From positions 732-64,731 of the forward strand of contig JAILLN010000032.1 in the NCBI GenBank assembly GCA_024693135.1: a stretch of DNA of 64,000 bases. The letters are read 5' to 3'. The position numbers and the translations under genes are program-made. Positions 58,047 to 64,000 of this stretch are shown in pieces (the first letter of the stretch is position 1; every line of letters begins with the position of its first letter). This stretch comes from Lachnospiraceae bacterium. GTDB lineage: Bacteria; Bacillota; Clostridia; Lachnospirales; Lachnospiraceae. The notes beneath the pieces are model-generated. The model saw only the letters and a program-made list of their open reading frames with translations, was not told the DNA's origin and did not search any database.

Positions 58047-58967
58047 TTACGATGAGCGGGATCCGGCCTCCTGTGCGTTTGCCTGCCAAAGCTTCCTGTA
58101 GCCGCGCGGCGTGATCTCGAAGGATTTCTTAAACATCTCCGACATATAGCTTGCCCCGTTAAAGCCTGTCCGTGCGGCGATTTCCGAAAGCGGCAGCGCC
58201 GTTGTGCGAAGCAGCTCGGCCGCCTTCCTCACCCTATAGTTCAGAAGGTAATTGACGGGACTGTCGCCTACATATTTGTGAAAGACCTTGTTGCAAAGAG
58301 ATTTGCTGATATTCCCGCTTGCGGCGATATCATCCAGGCTTATGGCGCCCTGATGATTCTGCTGGATGTAATACATCATGGATTTAAATGATCTCGTATA
58401 GTTATCCGTCTGGGCATCCTCTTCAAGCATACCATAGTTCTTACTCTGGCGAAGGATAATGCTCCATATGTCGAAAAACCTTCTCGTCACCTCAAAGGGA
58501 TCCCGCCGCAGATCGGGCAGGCTCAGCATGATGTCACGCATTTGTTCCGTGTTCTCATTGATCTCCCGGAAGCGCAGATACGGAAGCTTCGGATTGTTCA
58601 CGATCGGCTGGAGCGCCTGCATTTCCACGGCCACGGAGGAATTCAGGATATTGGGGCGCGCGATGAAGATCACATAGGTGACCGCCTCCTCCTGAAGAGG
58701 CACGGTATAATGGATCTGGTTTGAATTAACAAATATCGAATCCCCCTTCTCGAGGATGATCTGCCTGCCATTGACTGAATAGGCAAGACGGCCGCGCTTT
58801 ATCGTCATCAGCTCGACATCCTCATGGAAATGCGGGACCTTTGCCCAGGGTACATTCGGCTTGATCCATCCGTCGTTAATGTATGAAGGAAAATTGTCAT
58901 CATCATAATTAACCTGTTCGGAGCCGTCCTCTCTTTTGACAATAAGCCCCCTGACTTCTTTCTTCAT
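58047..58967 (-). CDS. AraC-family transcriptional regulator (cupin + HTH)
   Basis: PHFHEDVE cupin; LSEIAARTGFNGASYMSEMFKK..TPRGYR. Confidence 0.92.
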   Translation of the reverse strand: MKKEVRGLIVKREDGSEQVNYDDDNFPSYINDGWIKPNVPWAKVPHFHEDVELMTIKRGRLAYSVNGRQIILEKGDSIFVNSNQIHYTVPLQEEAVTYVIFIARPNILNSSVAVEMQALQPIVNNPKLPYLRFREINENTEQMRDIMLSLPDLRRDPFEVTRRFFDIWSIILRQSKNYGMLEEDAQTDNYTRSFKSMMYYIQQNHQGAISLDDIAASGNISKSLCNKVFHKYVGDSPVNYLLNYRVRKAAELLRTTALPLSEIAARTGFNGASYMSEMFKKSFEITPRGYRKLWQANAQEAGSRSS

Positions 58968-59012
58968 CTTCCATTTCCCTTCCGTGAAAGCACGGCAAAC
59001 CTGCTTCCAACG

Positions 59013-59054
59013 TATTATAACAATCTGACCCAAAATCCTCAATATTATAACAAT
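59013..59054. promoter_or_regulatory. Direct repeat TATTATAACAAT x2 in the divergent AraC/ABC promoter
   Basis: Identical 12-mers at 59013 and 59043 (period 30). Confidence 0.45.
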
Positions 59055-59243
59055 ATTACAAACGCATGAAATATCGTTATAAAATTATCCAATTTATGCC
59101 CTGTTATCGCGCACTCAAATACAATATACTTATAATCATCAAAAAGCAAGAGGAACCCGGGGGAACTAAAACAGCAGCTTTCATGGAACTTTCATAGGGC
59201 TTTTCATGGGGCCCTTCATGAAACTGAAACGGAGGATGGGATT

Positions 59244-60188
59244 ATGGCAAAAGAAGTATTGGTAATGAAAGATGTCAGCAAAGAATTCAAGGTACTGAAG
59301 CGCCACGAAGGCCTTAAGGGCAGCATCAGGGATCTTTTCTCAAGAGATTACACCAGCGTGATGGCCGTGAAGAATGTTTCCCTTACCGTGGAAGAGGGAG
59401 AGATCATCGGATACCTTGGCCCAAACGGAGCCGGCAAATCCACCACGATCAAGATGATGACCGGCGTACTGGAGCAGACCTCCGGAGAGATCACCGTAAA
59501 CGGTCTTGTGCCTTACAAGGAACGGACAAAGAACTCGGAAAAGATCGGGGTGGTATTCGGACAGAGAAGCCAGCTCTGGTGGGCGCTCCCGCTGATCGAA
59601 TCCTTTAAGCTGCTCCGGGACATCTACATGGTTCCCGAGAAGGATTATCAGGATATGCTGGAGCTTTACCGGTCGCTTGTGGACATTGAGCCCATCCTTC
59701 ATAAGCCGGTCCGCCAGATGTCTCTGGGACAGAGGACCCTGAGTGATATCCTTGCGGCATTCCTTCATGATCCGGGCATCGTCTTTCTGGACGAGCCGAC
59801 CATAGGACTGGATGTATCCATGAAGGCAAAGATCCGGGAGCTGATCAAGGGGCTCAATGAAGCCAAAAAGACCACGGTTATCCTGACCACGCATGACATG
59901 GGGGATGTGGATGCGCTCTGCCGGAGGATCGTCATCATCGATGAAGGACAGAAGATCTACGACAATGACATCGATCATTTAAAGAATTATTTCGGTTCCT
60001 ACCGGACCCTGAAGCTGCGGCTGGAGGACGGTTCATGGCATGAGCAGGTGATCGACGAGAATAAGACGGACGTCATGCATGTCATCCAGGAAACACAGAA
60101 AAAGCACAGGATCACGGACATCCAGCTCGAGGAGATCTCGACCGAGGAGATCATCCGGAAAATCTACGAAGGAGGCAAGGCATCATGA
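59244..60188 (+). CDS. ABC-2 type exporter ATP-binding protein
   Basis: GPNGAGKST, VFGQRSQLWW, SLGQR, LDEPTIGLD. Confidence 0.93.
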   Translation: MAKEVLVMKDVSKEFKVLKRHEGLKGSIRDLFSRDYTSVMAVKNVSLTVEEGEIIGYLGPNGAGKSTTIKMMTGVLEQTSGEITVNGLVPYKERTKNSEKIGVVFGQRSQLWWALPLIESFKLLRDIYMVPEKDYQDMLELYRSLVDIEPILHKPVRQMSLGQRTLSDILAAFLHDPGIVFLDEPTIGLDVSMKAKIRELIKGLNEAKKTTVILTTHDMGDVDALCRRIVIIDEGQKIYDNDIDHLKNYFGSYRTLKLRLEDGSWHEQVIDENKTDVMHVIQETQKKHRITDIQLEEISTEEIIRKIYEGGKAS

Positions 60189-60997
60189 AAGACATCCGAA
60201 AGCTTACGGCACTTACAAAGGCCGGCATAACCGAATCGCTTCAATTCCGGCTTGGTACCGTCGTGACCTTGTTCGGGAATCTGATCTATCTTGCGCTGGT
60301 ATACTTTCTCTGGAAGTCGATCTATGCCTCAGCCGGCTCGGATACTGTAAACGGAATGACCTTTTACGACACAATGATCTACCTTATCCTTGCCACGGCC
60401 ATCTTTAACTTCCTGGAAATGTTCATCCTATGGGACATGAGCCGCGCAATCCAGTCCGGCGAGATCATCATGCATCTCCTGAAGCCGATGCGATACCGGT
60501 GGTATACCTTCTGGAGTTACTCCGGCTCCCATGTCGTATCCTTTTTCCTTACGTTCATTCCCACATTTCTCGTGGTAATGATCGTCACAAAGGGCGCAGT
60601 CCCTGTGGGATGGAATCTGCTTGCGTTCATATGCTCCCTGATCCTTGCGCTCATTGTCAATTTTAATCTTGAAATGCTCGTGGCGCCGATCTGTCTTTAT
60701 ACGGAATCCACCTGGGGCGTAAATATCGTAAAAGAAACCATCGTGCTTCTCCTTTCCGGCGCATCGATCCCTCTCGCCTTCTTTCCGGAGGGCATCCGAA
60801 GGATCGTCCAGTACATGCCGTTCAGGGCAATATACGATATCCCGCTTACCGTACTCTTAAAAAAGAATGGCTCGGATACCGCAGGGGGGCTTTCATCGAT
60901 GATCTTATTCCAGCTTGCCTGGGCAGCGGTCCTGATCATTGCGGGGAATCTGTTTTGGAATCATGCGGTCAGAAGAATAACCGTGAATGGAGGTTAA
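60185..60997 (+). CDS. ABC-2 family permease (DUF990-like)
   Basis: About 6 TM helices, IQSGEI..LLKP, LSGASIPLAFFP. Confidence 0.88.
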   Translation: MKDIRKLTALTKAGITESLQFRLGTVVTLFGNLIYLALVYFLWKSIYASAGSDTVNGMTFYDTMIYLILATAIFNFLEMFILWDMSRAIQSGEIIMHLLKPMRYRWYTFWSYSGSHVVSFFLTFIPTFLVVMIVTKGAVPVGWNLLAFICSLILALIVNFNLEMLVAPICLYTESTWGVNIVKETIVLLLSGASIPLAFFPEGIRRIVQYMPFRAIYDIPLTVLLKKNGSDTAGGLSSMILFQLAWAAVLIIAGNLFWNHAVRRITVNGG

Positions 60998-61820
60998 TGC
61001 TATGGAAACAGCTTCATGCAGAAAACGTGGGTTTTTATTCTATGCTGGGATATACAGAAAGATCCTGGTGCAGGATCTCAAGAGCAAAATGAGCTACCGT
61101 GCGGATTTCATCCTATCAAACCTCGGAATGATCATGACAAACCTGTCCGGCTTTGTGACCTTTATGATCTTATTCCATAACTTTCCGAGCATCAACGGAT
61201 GGGACTATTATCATATGCTGTTCCTGTATGGCTTCTCCCTCATCGCCCTTACTCCGGTACAGTGCTTTTTTGACAACAACTGGAACCTGAGGTTCATGGT
61301 GCGTTCGGGTGATTTCATCAAGTATTGCTTCCGGCCGATCAATGTGTTTTTCTACTTCATTTCCGAAGTATTTGATATCAAGGGGATCGGCCAGTTCATC
61401 TTCGGCATGGGAACCTTTGTCTATGCCTGGCGCCATATCGGGATCCCCGTTACATTCGTCACGATCGCAAAGGCGGTCCTCTTTCTGATCACGGCATCCC
61501 TCTTCATGATCGCGATCATGAATGCCTCGGCCGCCACATGCTTCTGGATCATCAACTCCGGTTATGTCATGGTGATCATGTTCCGGTTCAAGGATTTTGC
61601 AAAATATCCGGCCAGCATATTTAACGGGATCTTCCGGTTCATCTTTACCTTTATCATCCCCATTGCGTTTGTGGCCTATTATCCGAGCCTTGTATTCATC
61701 ACGCCGGACAGCGTCCCCCTGCTTTCATGGCTCTCTCCGCTTATCGGGGCATTCTTCTTTTACCTGAGCTACAAATTCTGGATGCTGGGCGTGCGCAGGT
61801 ATGACTTTACCGGTTCATGA
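60987..61820 (+). CDS. ABC-2 family permease (DUF990-like)
   Basis: YRADF, GW, VRSGDF...RP, YPASIF, IPIAFVAYYP. Confidence 0.88.
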   Translation: MEVNAMETASCRKRGFLFYAGIYRKILVQDLKSKMSYRADFILSNLGMIMTNLSGFVTFMILFHNFPSINGWDYYHMLFLYGFSLIALTPVQCFFDNNWNLRFMVRSGDFIKYCFRPINVFFYFISEVFDIKGIGQFIFGMGTFVYAWRHIGIPVTFVTIAKAVLFLITASLFMIAIMNASAATCFWIINSGYVMVIMFRFKDFAKYPASIFNGIFRFIFTFIIPIAFVAYYPSLVFITPDSVPLLSWLSPLIGAFFFYLSYKFWMLGVRRYDFTGS

Positions 61821-63425
61821 CTCACTTTTATCGACGACCTTTGTAACAATGACATCGCCCAGACAGTTGCACATGCTGATAAACATGCCCACCAGAGGGC
61901 CGATGCCGATCACAAGGGCGACGCCCTCCACCGGAACCCCGAGCTGTGAAAGGAGGATGGACATCATGATCACGCCGGAGCCGGGAACCCCCGGAGCGCC
62001 TACGGACAGTACGATGATCGAGACCGCCAGCGTCAATAATGCCCCCGTGGGGACATTCACCCCAAATACCTTCGCGAGGGTAAGGGACTGGACCGCCATG
62101 AGGACACAGGTGCCGTCCATGTTGATGGTGGCGCCAAGGGGGATCGACAGACTGTAAATATCGGATGATATGCCCAGATCATTTTTGCATGCATCCATGT
62201 TGAGGGAAATCGCCGCATTGCTCGATGCGATGGAAAAAACCTGGATCATGGTGGGAATATACCGCTTGAAAAAAAGCAGCGGATTCTGGCCGGATAAGAT
62301 CAGGATCACAGAATATACGCAGATCATCACCGCAAGGCCAAAAAGGAAGGTCCCGAACATGCTTAATACCGAAAAGAGCGAGCCGGGGCCTGTCCTCAGC
62401 ACCATAGACAGGATGGAGCAGAATACGGCAATGGGGGTGACGCGCATGATAATGGATGCGATCTTCATGAATAATTCGCAGCAGCCTTCAAACCATGAGG
62501 ATATCTGGGCAGAATAATCCCCGATCAGCCCGATGGCCAGTCCGACCAGCACGGCAATGAATAAGAGCGACAGCATATCATTATACAGAAAAGGGGAGAA
62601 GAAATTATCCGGCACGATGCCGATGATCGTGTCCCTAATGGAGATATCCTGTGCCTGTGCCGCTATAGCGGAAGCATTCTGGGCAAGGCCTGCGGCCGCG
62701 GAGGGATCGCCCGGCTGGAATAGATAATATACTCCGATCCCCACTGAAGTGGCGATCACAGTGGTGATCGTATAAAGAGCAAGGATCTTTACGCCGATCC
62801 GGCCGAGGCCTGCGGGGTTAGCCTGCTTGGAAAAGCATACGGCAATGGAAAAGAATACGATCGGTGCGGCGATCATTTTCAGGGCATTGATATACATGGT
62901 CCTGACCGGGGTAAGGAGGTTTTCATCAAAAGCATTCAGCAGATCCTTCGGCAGTGATGCAGTAAGCAGTATGCCTAAAAGGATGGCCGCGATCATTGCC
63001 CCAAGAGTCAGGACCAGAGCCTGGAATGTACGCGCAACGGTAAGACGCATGGTATTGACGCCTTTTCTATGCTTGTATCTCAGATCCTTCCACATGCTGC
63101 GGAGGATCAGATGGCGGAGGGCAGTACCTACGGACGAGTCGGATATTTCCCATATATCCGGGATTTCCGGAGTGAGCTCCTGGATATCGATCAGCCCGCC
63201 GGCTGCAGACAGCTCAAAAACGATGGTCCCCCAAAAAATCCGGGACGTGACGACCAGCTCGCTGCCCTCTTTTGCATGGGATACAAGCTCTCCCATTGCT
63301 TCCTCCGCAGCCAATACGGTTTTGCTGTTTTCCTTGCCCTTGATCCCGCCTTTATCCAGTATATGGCGGATATGCTCTGTGGCTTTCCCGATGCCGGCAT
63401 CATCCGCCGTAAAAACCTGCTTCAT
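61815..63425 (-). CDS. Dicarboxylate/amino acid:cation symporter (DAACS) with N-terminal RsbW/HATPase-like domain
   Basis: ASSNAA, PLGATINMDGT, GAPGVPG, MCNCLGD; N-terminal LAAEEAMGELV...YKHRKGVN. Confidence 0.85.
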   Translation of the reverse strand: MKQVFTADDAGIGKATEHIRHILDKGGIKGKENSKTVLAAEEAMGELVSHAKEGSELVVTSRIFWGTIVFELSAAGGLIDIQELTPEIPDIWEISDSSVGTALRHLILRSMWKDLRYKHRKGVNTMRLTVARTFQALVLTLGAMIAAILLGILLTASLPKDLLNAFDENLLTPVRTMYINALKMIAAPIVFFSIAVCFSKQANPAGLGRIGVKILALYTITTVIATSVGIGVYYLFQPGDPSAAAGLAQNASAIAAQAQDISIRDTIIGIVPDNFFSPFLYNDMLSLLFIAVLVGLAIGLIGDYSAQISSWFEGCCELFMKIASIIMRVTPIAVFCSILSMVLRTGPGSLFSVLSMFGTFLFGLAVMICVYSVILILSGQNPLLFFKRYIPTMIQVFSIASSNAAISLNMDACKNDLGISSDIYSLSIPLGATINMDGTCVLMAVQSLTLAKVFGVNVPTGALLTLAVSIIVLSVGAPGVPGSGVIMMSILLSQLGVPVEGVALVIGIGPLVGMFISMCNCLGDVIVTKVVDKSES

Positions 63426-63609
63426 CCTTAACCGCCCTCTTCCCTTCCCCAACACGCATTTCCCCTGACATTTCTATATTACCACGACCTTGTCATTCAA
63501 GCCATATAGACCCCGCAATACTTGCAGATCAGCTTTCCGCCATCTCTCAGGACCCATTCATGCTCTGATCCCCCGTTGGGATTGACGAGAAACCTATGCA
63601 GGCCGGGCC

Positions 63610-63999
63610 TTACTCTTTGATCCAGCCTTTCTCTATGGCATGGTCTATGTTTTTCGAGACCCACCGGTAGACTTCAGGCATGAACTCTTTGATTATGGCG
63701 TCACGCTCCTCCACCGCCGCCCGGTGCGCACCCGCCTGCACCCAGGTATGGCCATCCGTCAGGGTATTGTGGAAAAAGGGCTGGAGACGGTCCATGCAGG
63801 CGGCATACTTCGCATCCGGCGTTTCCATCGCGTCAAACTCCTCCCAGAGAGATCGGATCATTCCGCCCTGATCCGCGGGAAGCATGGAAAAAAGCCTGTC
63901 AGCAGCCTGTCTTTCCCGCTCCTCCTTCCCCACGTTTGCTTCTTTATCGAACGCAAAGGTATCTCCCGCATAGATCTCCACCAGATCGTGGACAAGGCA
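63610..63999 (-). CDS. HD-domain hydrolase (YfbR/HDDC2-like), 5'-partial
   Basis: LVHDLVEIYAGDT, LWEEFD..ETPDAKYA..DRLQP; runs off the right edge. Confidence 0.85.
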   Translation of the reverse strand, partial: CLVHDLVEIYAGDTFAFDKEANVGKEERERQAADRLFSMLPADQGGMIRSLWEEFDAMETPDAKYAACMDRLQPFFHNTLTDGHTWVQAGAHRAAVEERDAIIKEFMPEVYRWVSKNIDHAIEKGWIKE

Positions 64000-64000
64000 C

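Overview
Chromosomal window from a moderately GC-rich anaerobic Firmicute. Gene content and RBS style suggest Lachnospiraceae/Clostridia, probably gut or rumen (inference). Most genes are on the - strand. There are three giant secreted proteins: a papain-family C1A protease running off the left edge and missed by the ORF track, a clostripain-family C11 protease, and a 2478-aa Ig-repeat protein. Housekeeping genes include preA, manA, cobI, a MATE transporter, a PBP, udp, metA, tex, a polar amino-acid ABC importer and an ABC-2 exporter. There are also two diguanylate cyclases and an orphan beta-class DNA methyltransferase. The most notable observations are: (1) a GNAT / PARP-like ADP-ribosyltransferase / small acidic protein triad at 44.9-47.7 kb that looks like an effector-immunity-modifier module; (2) an intergenic ~235-nt rod-like hairpin at 35.1-35.4 kb whose last 34 nt are tandemly repeated six times; (3) an ~8-kb patchwork at 11-19.5 kb of co-oriented intact small genes and more than ten gene fragments, several joined at apparent microhomologies, including separated parts of a Ser/Thr kinase and a HAD phosphatase and a dcm-vsr remnant. 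Four otherwise intact genes carry single frameshift or nonsense lesions. No rRNA, tRNA, CRISPR array, transposase or integrase was recognised.
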